In this document: positions 1-8,528 of the stretch, piece after piece | Position numbering within the stretch: position 1 is the first letter of the stretch | How the letters are laid out: every line of letters starts with the position of its first letter | NCBI GenBank assembly: GCA_037441345.1 | Contig: JBBISJ010000004.1 | Coordinates: 49,892 to 113,891 of the forward strand | Source: Chloroflexota bacterium | Lineage (GTDB): Bacteria > Chloroflexota > Dehalococcoidia > SM23-28-2 > RBG-16-64-32 | DNA length: 64,000 bases | Reading direction: 5' to 3' | Position numbers and translations under genes: made by a program | The notes under the pieces: model-generated | What the model saw: only the letters and a program-made list of their open reading frames with translations | What the model was told of the DNA's origin: nothing | Databases searched by the model: none

Positions 1-11
1 CTCAAGTCAGG

Positions 12-689
12 TTGAAGGCGGCGCTTCTCGATTTCGATGGCACCCTGGTGGATCTGCCCATCGATTGGGAACGCCTGCGGCAGGACGTTAGCGGACTGTT
101 CAGCCGGTTTGGGATTGGCGGCGCCGGTGGCCCGTTACATGCTTCCCTCTCGCGTGCTATGGAGAGCTTGAAGGCGCGGGGCGTATCTTCGTTCGATCGG
201 GCCCGGCTGCGTCGTGATTTCAACCGGATCATGACTGCGGCGGAGATGGAGGCAGCGGCAGGGGCGACCGAAAGACCCGGCGCGCGCGATCTTCTTCAGA
301 AGCTCGAGGATGGCGGTTGGGCAACGATCATTCAGACCAGCAACAGCGTGGACTGTGTGGATGCTGTTCTCCGGGGGCTCTCGCTTCCTAAACCCGGTGC
401 CGTTGTCGGGCGGGAAACCACTCGATACCCAAAACCCCATCCGTCGGGCGTAAGGCGGGCCCTTGGCGCACTTGGGGTCTCGTCGCGCCACGCCGTGGTT
501 ATCGGAGACGGCGACTTCGATATCCAGCTGGGTCGGTCGATCGGCGCCCGGACGATTCGCATGCTCAAACCAGACGTGTCCCGGACCGGGGCATTGCAGG
601 CGGATGTCGAGGTGAACTCCCTGAGCGAGGTCGCCGATATCCTGCTGGCGAATGACCAAGTCCTTCGGAAGGTGGTTACCTGGCCGTGA
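12..689 (+). CDS. HAD-superfamily hydrolase (phosphatase-like)
   Basis: N-terminal DxDGTL motif (LLDFDGTLVD); C-terminal GDGxxD (VVIGDGDFD). TTG start at 12, and the ORF could extend left of the window. Confidence 0.7.
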   Translation: MKAALLDFDGTLVDLPIDWERLRQDVSGLFSRFGIGGAGGPLHASLSRAMESLKARGVSSFDRARLRRDFNRIMTAAEMEAAAGATERPGARDLLQKLEDGGWATIIQTSNSVDCVDAVLRGLSLPKPGAVVGRETTRYPKPHPSGVRRALGALGVSSRHAVVIGDGDFDIQLGRSIGARTIRMLKPDVSRTGALQADVEVNSLSEVADILLANDQVLRKVVTWP

Positions 690-1474
690 AACCAACCCTG
701 ACCGACGTGTCCCTGTTCGAGTACTACAACGTGAAGGCGGACTCTCTTGATGAGATCGCCGTCACGTACGAGCACCATAACCCGTACAAACGGTTCTTCT
801 ACCACGCTCGATACAGTGCCGTGCTCGAGGCACTATCTCCGCGTCCCGGCGAAAGAATTCTCGACATCGGGTGCGGCACGGGCTACTACGTTGCGGGCAT
901 CGCGGCTTCTGGTGCAACTGCTATTGGTGTCGATCTCGCGCCGAATTACGTGAAGCAGGCGGATCATTACGTTGCCGAGGCGTTGCAGGGACGCGGCGTC
1001 CACCATACGGCCGCGGCGGAAGCCAAGCACTTGCCATTCGCCGATTCATCTTTCGACCGGGTGCTCATGACCGAGGTACTCGAGCATCTCATTGACTATC
1101 CACGCGCCTTGACGGAAGTCAGCCGCGTGCTTAAGCCGGGAGGGTGCGCAGTCATTACCACGCCTTCCAAGTACTCACCTCTCAACTTGGCCTATCACTG
1201 GAAGGCTCACAGGCGTAGGTATGCTTTTCACGAACACATCGTGGAACTCACCCCTGGCAAGTTCGAAAGGGAAATGCGCCGGTACTTCGGCGATGTACGC
1301 CTCTTGTATGCCAACTTCCTCCTTCCGTACCCCGTCGACGTTCTCGCAGAAAAGGCGATCAACGCGCGGAGCGCTCGGATCCTCGCCTATATCGAGCGCA
1401 CGTGGCGCGGACTCCCCCTGCTCCGGCGGGTTGGGTGGACGATGATCGGAGTTGGTCGAAAGCCGCGAGGGTAG
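686..1474 (+). CDS. class I SAM-dependent methyltransferase
   Basis: Motif I ILDIGCGTGYY; Methyltransf_11-like layout. 4-nt overlap with the upstream gene. Confidence 0.8.
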   Translation: MKPTLTDVSLFEYYNVKADSLDEIAVTYEHHNPYKRFFYHARYSAVLEALSPRPGERILDIGCGTGYYVAGIAASGATAIGVDLAPNYVKQADHYVAEALQGRGVHHTAAAEAKHLPFADSSFDRVLMTEVLEHLIDYPRALTEVSRVLKPGGCAVITTPSKYSPLNLAYHWKAHRRRYAFHEHIVELTPGKFEREMRRYFGDVRLLYANFLLPYPVDVLAEKAINARSARILAYIERTWRGLPLLRRVGWTMIGVGRKPRG

Positions 1475-1479
1475 TTGCC

Positions 1480-2421
1480 ATGTACAAGGGTAAGCGCATT
1501 GGAGTGGTCATGCCTGCTTACAACGAAGAACGCCTCGTCGGCCAGACCCTGCGAACACTGCCGGATTTCGTCGACATAGTGGTGGTCATCGACGATTGCA
1601 GCCGGGATGCCACGGCTTCCCAGGTCGCGGAGGTGCAACAGGATGATCCGCGGGTGAAACTCCTTCGCAATGACGTGAACCAGGGTGTCGGCGCCTCCGT
1701 CGTCAAGGGCTACGGGGAGATGCTGTCGCAGGGGGTAGATATCGTGGCCGTTATGGCCTCGGATGCTCAGTGCGACCCGGCATATCTACACCTGCTCGTC
1801 GATGACGTGGCCGAGAACCGATGCGAAATGGCGAAGGGCAATCGTTTCATGTACGCGGCGGAGACCGAGGAGTCCATGCCCCGCTATCGACAAATCGGGA
1901 ACATCATCCTGACGATCCTGACCAAGGCTGCCTCTGGATACTGGTCGATATTCGATTCGCAGAACGGCTACCTGGCGGTGTCCGCCGAAACACTCCGCCG
2001 CCTGAACCTCGGCCGGATCGCTCGCCGCTATGATCTCGAAAACAGCATGCTCATCAATCTGAACATCATCAACGCGCGGGTGACCGACGTCGCAATCCCC
2101 CCAATCTACGGCGAGGAAGTGTCCGGCATTCGCCTCTGGCGGGTCCTGCCGCGGATGATGCTCACCCTCCTTCGTGGCTTCTTCCAGCGCATGTACCGAA
2201 AGTACGTGCTGTACAACTTCCACCCCATTGCCTTGTTCCTGTTCTCCGGGCTTCTGCTGATGTTGTGGGGCGTCGTCTTCGGCTTCTGGGCGGCCGCCCA
2301 GTCGATCGGCGAGGACACGGCGTCCACCGGGACTGTGATGCTGTCCGTGCTGCCGTTTCTCATGGGCTTCCAGTTCGTGCTGTCGGCATTCGTCCTGGAC
2401 ATCCAGAACGAGCCCCGGTAA
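1480..2421 (+). CDS. GT2 polyprenol-phosphate glycosyltransferase (DPM1/GtrB-like) with C-terminal TM helices
   Basis: VVMPAYNEE...VVVIDDCSRDAT signature of GT2 (DXD) with a hydrophobic C-terminus. ATG at 1480 is preceded by GAGGG. Confidence 0.8.
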   Translation: MYKGKRIGVVMPAYNEERLVGQTLRTLPDFVDIVVVIDDCSRDATASQVAEVQQDDPRVKLLRNDVNQGVGASVVKGYGEMLSQGVDIVAVMASDAQCDPAYLHLLVDDVAENRCEMAKGNRFMYAAETEESMPRYRQIGNIILTILTKAASGYWSIFDSQNGYLAVSAETLRRLNLGRIARRYDLENSMLINLNIINARVTDVAIPPIYGEEVSGIRLWRVLPRMMLTLLRGFFQRMYRKYVLYNFHPIALFLFSGLLLMLWGVVFGFWAAAQSIGEDTASTGTVMLSVLPFLMGFQFVLSAFVLDIQNEPR

Positions 2422-2427
2422 GCGCGG

Positions 2428-3537
2428 TCAGGGGTGCGCGCGGCTGCCCGTAAACGTCGTGACCGCTTCAACTACGGAGCGACGATCGGCCGCGGTCAGC
2501 CCGGGCCAAACCGGCAGCGACAGCACCTCGCGGGAGAGGGACTCGGCGACCGGCAGATTATCTCGGTAGCCGAGCTTGTCCTTGTAGAGCGGCTGCTGGT
2601 GCAGGGGCAGGGGGTAGTACACTGCGCTGCCGATGCCGCGGTCTGACAGGTGCGCCTGCAGCGCATCGCGCTGCGATGAGCGGATCGTGTACTGGTGGTA
2701 CACGTGAAGCGCTGAGGGCGTCTCCGCCGGGGTAACGACACCGGTCAGCCGCGCACTGTAGTGGCGGGCGTTCGCCCGGCGACGCCTGGTGAATTCCGGC
2801 AATCGCCGAAGTTGCTCCCTGCCGATGGCCGCCGCGATGTCAGTCATCCGGTAGTTGTAGCCAAGTTCCGTGTGATGGTACGTGGCGGCGGCACCGTGCG
2901 CGCGCAGCAGGCGGCACCGCGCCGCCACGGCAGCATCGTTCGTTGTGATCATGCCGCCTTCTGAAGTGGTCATGTTCTTCGTCGGGTAAAAGGAGAAGCA
3001 CCCCGTGCCGAAGCTGCCGACCCGGCGGCCCTCCCACTCAGCGCCGTGGGCCTGGCAGGCATCCTCGATTACGGCGAGTCGATGTCCCTGAGCGATCTCC
3101 ATGATCGCTGTCATGTCCGCCGGGTTCCCGTAGAGGTGGACGGGGATGATAGCCCGGGTCCGGGGAGTGATCCTCTCCGCGATGAGGTTCGGGTCGATAT
3201 TGAAGTCGTCCGGCCGCACATCGACGAACACCGGCCGGGCGCCTGTCATGAGCACGGCGTTCGCTGTGGCGATGAAGGTGAACGGTGAGGTGATTACCTC
3301 GTCGCCGGAACCGATCTCGTGGGCGAGCAGGGCGAGAAACAGGGCGGCGGTCCCGGAGTTCACGGCTACCGCTTCCCTGGTGCCGCACATCTCTGCGAAC
3401 TCTCCCTCAAACGCCTCGACTTCGCGTCCCTGGGCGATCTGTCCGGAGCGCAGCACGGCCGCGACAGCGGCCCGCTCGCCACGACCAATCATCGGGCGGA
3501 CAAGCGGGACGTTCACGGTTTTCCGCGATGCGGGCAT
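2428..3537 (-). CDS. DegT/DnrJ/EryC1/StrS-family sugar aminotransferase (PLP-dependent)
   Basis: Full-length similarity to nucleotide-sugar aminotransferases (FTFIATANAV, YPTKNMT lysine region). Start taken at MPASRK. Confidence 0.85.
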   Translation of the reverse strand: MPASRKTVNVPLVRPMIGRGERAAVAAVLRSGQIAQGREVEAFEGEFAEMCGTREAVAVNSGTAALFLALLAHEIGSGDEVITSPFTFIATANAVLMTGARPVFVDVRPDDFNIDPNLIAERITPRTRAIIPVHLYGNPADMTAIMEIAQGHRLAVIEDACQAHGAEWEGRRVGSFGTGCFSFYPTKNMTTSEGGMITTNDAAVAARCRLLRAHGAAATYHHTELGYNYRMTDIAAAIGREQLRRLPEFTRRRRANARHYSARLTGVVTPAETPSALHVYHQYTIRSSQRDALQAHLSDRGIGSAVYYPLPLHQQPLYKDKLGYRDNLPVAESLSREVLSLPVWPGLTAADRRSVVEAVTTFTGSRAHP

Positions 3538-3791
3538 CGCCCCGAGCGCCCGTAGCTGGTTGCGGGATTGGACACCGCGCCAGCGTAGCAAACCGCCTCA
3601 AGAGCGGACAAGCGCACCGTGCGAAGGGACAGGCCGCTGCCGGAAGAAAACCTGTAGCGGATTGATTTGGCAAAATCCGTAAATTGTCCGCCCGATGGCT
3701 GTAACATAAGCCGGTCAAACGCTGTCTCTGGCTACAGATGAAGCTAATTCGGGCCTCTGGATTTGCCGGAGTCTGCGTCGAGGTTGGATTG

Positions 3792-6431
3792 GTGAAACTG
3801 TGGCGCGCCCCCGCCATCGCCGTGCTGGCGTTCGCCCTTTTCGCCCTCCTCGGTACGCGGACAGAGCCCGCGCGCGCTCATCACCTCTGTCCCAACACGG
3901 GCAGTCCGCTTGGTGCATTTCCCTTCGATACGTACGAGGACGGGAACTACCGGACCACCTATGCGCGTACGTTCGAATTGGCCGGCCTGAACCAGCTGTT
4001 CCCGGACCTGCCCTCGTTTGCGCTGCCCCAGATGGAGACGGGGCTCCGCTCCGCGGGTTCCAGCCAGCTGCGTTCCCCGTACATCCCCCCTGCGCTCCTG
4101 AAGGCGATTGCCTGGATCGAGGCGGGCTGGGCCCAGGCCGATTACTCCGTACCCTATGGTGCTGTTGGGCCGGTGCTGGCGTCGCACGACTGCGGGTATG
4201 GCCTGATGCAGGTGACCACCGGGATGCAAAACGTGTCCGGTGTGCCCAACGTGGACCAGGCCATGATTGGCGGGCACTACGCTTTCAACATTGCACGCGG
4301 CGCCCGCATCCTGGTCGACAAGTGGAACCATATGCCGGAGTACCGCCCGATCGTTGGGTCCCGCGACCCGACTGTGATCGAACACTGGTACTTCGCCGTT
4401 TGGGCCTACAACGGCTTTGCGTTCAAGAACCACCCGCTTAACCCGTCGTTCAACCCGGCGCGCGCGCCGTACAGCTGCGGGCCGCTGAACGACGGCCTGG
4501 GCCACGACCGCACACAGTACCCATACCAGGAGCTCGTGTTTGGCTGCATGGCCCACCCGCCGGTCATCAACGGCGTGCCCTTGTGGACGCCCCAGGCGGT
4601 GCGGCTTCCTGATCTGAGCAACTCCACGTTCAGCGGCCCGCTTTCCCTGGCGAACTGGGACGCCTGCGCCTACAGCCTGCAGTGCGCCGCGATGGATATC
4701 CCGACACCCAGCCCCTACCACCGGGATGGCACAACGCTCAGCATCACGCGCAGTCAGGTGATCGGCTCGCCTTCGCTGGCCCTATCCAGGAGCAGCATCA
4801 GCCTCACGTCCGTCCCGCCCACCCTCAGCGCTACGACATCGCTGACAGTCTCGAACGCCGGGTCCGGCGTGCTCTCCTACCGCATCATTTCCAGCGCCAG
4901 CTGGCTGAGGCTCTCGCGGCACCAGGGCGTCGCCCTCGGGTCGGACCTCGGTGGAACGGCTTCCGTCACGCAGGTGACAGCGAACACGTCTGGCCTTGCG
5001 CCCGGCCGCCATACGGCACAGATCACCATCGACTCGCCGCTCACGGCCGGGGCGCCGAGGGTTGTGCCCGTGGTGGTAGACAACTACCCCAACGGGACGC
5101 TGCTAAAGGGGACGGGTCCAGCGGTGTACGTAATGAATGGCGGGCTGAGGCGGCACATCCCTAACGGGTTCACGTTCGCAGCGAACGGCTATGACTGGTC
5201 TCGCGTGATAAACGTCTCAGACAGCATGCTGGCGTCTGTGCCACTCGGGAATCCCCTGCGTGACGCAAAGGGTGATGGCAACCTCTACCGTGGCTCAGGT
5301 CCGGCCGTCTGGGTAACGCAGGGAGGAACCCGCCGCCTGATCGCAAGTGCCACGGTATTGAGCAACTGCGGCTACGGGTCGGACGCAATCCGGACCGTGT
5401 CCGATGCGGTGCTCAATTCGCTGGCCACGGGCCCTCTGCTTTCGGCGGCCCCCTGCCCGTTGCCGGCGCTACCGGACGGCGCATTGATACGTGGCTCAGG
5501 CGCTCCGGAGGTCTATGTGATCAGGGGTGGCTACAAGCGGCACATCCCCAACCTGCTCACCTTCAGCGGTCTCGGATTCCGCTGGGGCAACCTGGATGTT
5601 GTGCCGGCCTCCTTCGCCGCCCTTGTGCCGGCCGGGAACACGACTCTGGATCTCGAGACGACCGGAATCCTGTTGAAGGGCTCCGGCCCAGAGGTCTACG
5701 TGATGCAAGACGGCGCTCGCAGGCACATTGCAAACCTGGCCGTGATGACTTCATGCGGCTATGCCTGGGATGCCGTGTTCCGCGTGGACGACAGCGCCTT
5801 GAACAGTACACCGACAGGCGCGCAGCTCACCGGAACGCCATGCCCTGTCTTCGAGCCCCCCGAATGGGCGCTCCTCAAGGGGGAGGGGCCGGAGATCTTC
5901 GTTGCCCGTGGCGGCCTGAAGCGGCACATACCGAACGTGGCGACGTTCAACGGCCGCGGCTTCCGCTGGGGTGACGTCGATCTGGTGCCGCCACAGTACC
6001 TGTCGCAAATCGCCGCGGGTCATCCAGTGCTCGACGTGACGACTGATGGCCAGTTGATCAAGGCAGCGGCACCTGCCGTCTACGTGATGGACGGTGGCTC
6101 CAAGCGCGCCCTCTCGGCGCCGTCAGTCCTTCCAGCCTGTGGCTACACCTGGGACGCGATCAACCGGCTGCAAAACGAGATCTCCAGTATCCCCAGCGGC
6201 GCGCCCGTTAGCGGGGCGCCATGTCCGGTGTTCTCTGCCCCTGACGGCACGCTTGTAAAGGGTAGCGGCCCGGCCGTGTACGTGCTGGCCGGTGGCCAGC
6301 GCCGGGCGGTGGCGTCGCCGTCTGTGATGACGGCGTGCGGGTACCGCTGGGGCGACATCGACTCCGTGCCGGACTCGACCCTTGCCACGGCGCCCGAAGG
6401 GCCCCTGGTCACCGGCGCGCCCTGCCCATAA
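3792..6431 (+). CDS. secreted multidomain protein: lysozyme/SLT-like lytic transglycosylase domain + BACON/Ig-like domain + 7 tandem ~60-aa repeats
   Basis: GTG 3792 gives a signal peptide (KLWRAPAIAVLAFALFALLG...ARA/HH). The AIAWIEAGW...GYGLMQV motifs resemble the SLT catalytic region. An SWL-containing beta domain follows. Then come 7 repeats alternating two subtypes (RRHIPNxxTF..GxxW and RRxIAxxxVxxxCGYxW...PCP). The ATG at 3738 is an alternative start. Confidence 0.7.
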   Translation: MKLWRAPAIAVLAFALFALLGTRTEPARAHHLCPNTGSPLGAFPFDTYEDGNYRTTYARTFELAGLNQLFPDLPSFALPQMETGLRSAGSSQLRSPYIPPALLKAIAWIEAGWAQADYSVPYGAVGPVLASHDCGYGLMQVTTGMQNVSGVPNVDQAMIGGHYAFNIARGARILVDKWNHMPEYRPIVGSRDPTVIEHWYFAVWAYNGFAFKNHPLNPSFNPARAPYSCGPLNDGLGHDRTQYPYQELVFGCMAHPPVINGVPLWTPQAVRLPDLSNSTFSGPLSLANWDACAYSLQCAAMDIPTPSPYHRDGTTLSITRSQVIGSPSLALSRSSISLTSVPPTLSATTSLTVSNAGSGVLSYRIISSASWLRLSRHQGVALGSDLGGTASVTQVTANTSGLAPGRHTAQITIDSPLTAGAPRVVPVVVDNYPNGTLLKGTGPAVYVMNGGLRRHIPNGFTFAANGYDWSRVINVSDSMLASVPLGNPLRDAKGDGNLYRGSGPAVWVTQGGTRRLIASATVLSNCGYGSDAIRTVSDAVLNSLATGPLLSAAPCPLPALPDGALIRGSGAPEVYVIRGGYKRHIPNLLTFSGLGFRWGNLDVVPASFAALVPAGNTTLDLETTGILLKGSGPEVYVMQDGARRHIANLAVMTSCGYAWDAVFRVDDSALNSTPTGAQLTGTPCPVFEPPEWALLKGEGPEIFVARGGLKRHIPNVATFNGRGFRWGDVDLVPPQYLSQIAAGHPVLDVTTDGQLIKAAAPAVYVMDGGSKRALSAPSVLPACGYTWDAINRLQNEISSIPSGAPVSGAPCPVFSAPDGTLVKGSGPAVYVLAGGQRRAVASPSVMTACGYRWGDIDSVPDSTLATAPEGPLVTGAPCP

Positions 6432-6469
6432 AGGGCGATCAGGCCCCGTCGCCGGCCAGCTAATTCGGC

Positions 6470-6475
6470 GCGCTA
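6470..6475 (+). promoter_or_regulatory. candidate -10 box (TATAAT) upstream of the GT-C gene
   Basis: A perfect TATAAT in an otherwise 68% GC context, 78 nt upstream of the proposed GTG start. No clear -35. Confidence 0.3.
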
Positions 6476-6552
6476 TAATTCTCGTGGCACACGTGACGCG
6501 GGGATATACTGGCGTCAATGCACCACCGCGCGCCCGCAGGAGTACCCCGCAG

Positions 6553-8499
6553 GTGAGGGGGGCGCTGCGTTCCCTCGCACCCCCACCCGCTCACACCATC
6601 GCACTGGCGGCCCTGCTCCTGATCGGCCTGGCTCGCGGCGGTTACTGGGTGTTCACCACCGAAATCTGGAACCCCGTTGACGAGGCGCAGCACTACGCCT
6701 ACGTTGAGTCGCTGGCGCGCGGTCACGGGATCCCGGTGGTCGGCGAGGACAAGGTGTCGCTCGATGTCCTGGGGATTGCGAAAGCGTCGCCAACGCTGCC
6801 GTTTCGATCCGCCCCGTACCAGGTTTCGGAGGACTACGACTGGGGAGTTTTTGGACAGCAGTATGAGGGCGGTGGCGTGCAGGGCCCCACTTACTACGCG
6901 ATGCTTGTTCCCGCGTACTGGGCCGCCGCGCCGCTGAGCAACATCGCATCTGTCTATGCTCTCCGGTTGGCATCGCTATTGATCGTACTGACGGCGATAC
7001 CCATCACGTGGCTGCTGGCCCGTGAGCTGTTCCCCCGGCAACCGGCGGTCTGGCTGGTTGCCCCCGCGATCCTCGTCATGATCCAGGGCTATAACGCTAA
7101 TCCCGCATCGATCAGCAACGACGCGCTCGTCATTCCCTTGTCCGCCGCCGCGCTCATCCCGGTAGCGGGTGCGTGGCAGAAGTTGGGCCGGCGGCAGGCC
7201 GCGGTCGCAGGGGCGCTCTTCGGTTTGACCCTCCTCACCAAGATGTCGGCCGTACCGCTGGGGGTGATGACCGGTGGCGTCCTCTTGGCCGCGTTGGTGT
7301 CCAGGCGCAACACGCTCCGGGATGTCATCGAATGGGGAGTTATCTACAGCGGAGCGGCGCTGGCCGTTCTGGCACCATACTTCGCCTGGAACCTGGTGCA
7401 CTACGGGTTCATCACCGCCAGCGAGGAAGTGAACGCAATCACAGGCTCGCTCCAGCCACGGATCCCCAGGACTCTAGAAGGCCTGCGGATGCACTTCGAC
7501 ACCGCGAACTCGGGGTTCTGGGACCTGCAGCCGAGAACCCTGGGGGCGGACAGTACCTACGTCAGGTACTTCAAGTGGGTAACCCTCATCGCCGTGGTTG
7601 TGGGCGCCGGGGCACTGGCGCTGCGGCGGAACTGGGCGGGTGCGGTGAAGCTCGGCTGGGTGGGAGTGGCCTTCCCCGTCACTTTCGTTACCCTGCTCGG
7701 GAGCAGCGTTCTCGTGTTCCAGGACAACGGCGGCGTGGTGGGTCGCCACGTCTACACGGCCTTGGTGCCGCTGGTCATCGCGCTTTCCGCGGGGCTAATA
7801 ACGGCGCTGGGCCCACGGATTGGCGTCCTGGCCGCACTCTTGGTCATCGGCGGTGCGGCGATACATGAGCGGGAGATAAGCCATCACTACATTCAGTCGA
7901 CGTACGCCGCGAGCGTACTGGACGGGAGACTCGCGCCGGTCGTGGAGCAACCGTGGAACGAAGGGTCCGCCGCCGCGTCGTTCGTGGACGTCTCGGTGGG
8001 TTGTTCGGCTGAGGCCGTTGGGATCGCCTTCGCCGAGCAGGCTCCTGGTGTCGTGGGAGTTTCCGGGTCTATCAACGGTGTTGCGAGTAGCCGAGGCCGG
8101 GATGGGTCGTATGAGGTCTACACGCTTCCGGCCAGCGCAACCGGTCCGTTCTCCGTTGCCACGGGGGGCCTACCCGTTTCGCGTTCCATCCTCGATCGGT
8201 CGGACGCACTGTCGCTCCGTGGCGAAACCGGCGATCCGGTGGCCCGGGTCTACTGTGAAGTCGGCGACCCGTTCGCCGGACGGTTCGAGCAAACGTGGGG
8301 GCCCGGCCATCCCGATTCGGTCGGCTACGGCGACGTGCGGGCGTGGCCTACAGGGTGGTACTGGGCAGGGTGGGGGATGGTCACTGCCGCGCTGCTGGGG
8401 ATGGGGGTGCTCGGTCTCAGGGCTATCACAGGCATTCGGAGGGCGTCTGCCGAAGAGGTGCCACAGGTGGCCTCGGGCAGTGGGGCAGACCTCGCCTAG
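6553..8499 (+). CDS. GT-C fold polytopic membrane glycosyltransferase (PMT/ArnT/DUF2142-like)
   Basis: Many TM helices. The first extracytoplasmic loop carries a DE motif (NPVDEAQHYAYVESLARG) typical of GT-C enzymes. A large C-terminal extracytoplasmic domain precedes a final TM. GTG start at 6553 with GGAG upstream. Confidence 0.55.
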   Translation: MRGALRSLAPPPAHTIALAALLLIGLARGGYWVFTTEIWNPVDEAQHYAYVESLARGHGIPVVGEDKVSLDVLGIAKASPTLPFRSAPYQVSEDYDWGVFGQQYEGGGVQGPTYYAMLVPAYWAAAPLSNIASVYALRLASLLIVLTAIPITWLLARELFPRQPAVWLVAPAILVMIQGYNANPASISNDALVIPLSAAALIPVAGAWQKLGRRQAAVAGALFGLTLLTKMSAVPLGVMTGGVLLAALVSRRNTLRDVIEWGVIYSGAALAVLAPYFAWNLVHYGFITASEEVNAITGSLQPRIPRTLEGLRMHFDTANSGFWDLQPRTLGADSTYVRYFKWVTLIAVVVGAGALALRRNWAGAVKLGWVGVAFPVTFVTLLGSSVLVFQDNGGVVGRHVYTALVPLVIALSAGLITALGPRIGVLAALLVIGGAAIHEREISHHYIQSTYAASVLDGRLAPVVEQPWNEGSAAASFVDVSVGCSAEAVGIAFAEQAPGVVGVSGSINGVASSRGRDGSYEVYTLPASATGPFSVATGGLPVSRSILDRSDALSLRGETGDPVARVYCEVGDPFAGRFEQTWGPGHPDSVGYGDVRAWPTGWYWAGWGMVTAALLGMGVLGLRAITGIRRASAEEVPQVASGSGADLA

Positions 8500-8528
8500 A
8501 AGTCGCTGGAGCCGCCCCCTGCCGGCGC

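Noticed and set aside
3738-3791. ATG at 3738 as start of the giant secreted protein
   Set aside because: GTG 3792 gives a canonical signal peptide with a GAGG RBS. The upstream 18 codons have no RBS and would bury the signal sequence. 3738 is kept as an alternative.
6382-6552. Longer N-terminal extension of the GT-C protein (ORF from 6382 overlapping the upstream gene end)
   Set aside because: The extension overlaps the stop of the secreted-protein gene. It is Arg/Pro-rich low-complexity and precedes the TATAAT-like box. GTG 6553, just before the first TM helix, is more plausible.
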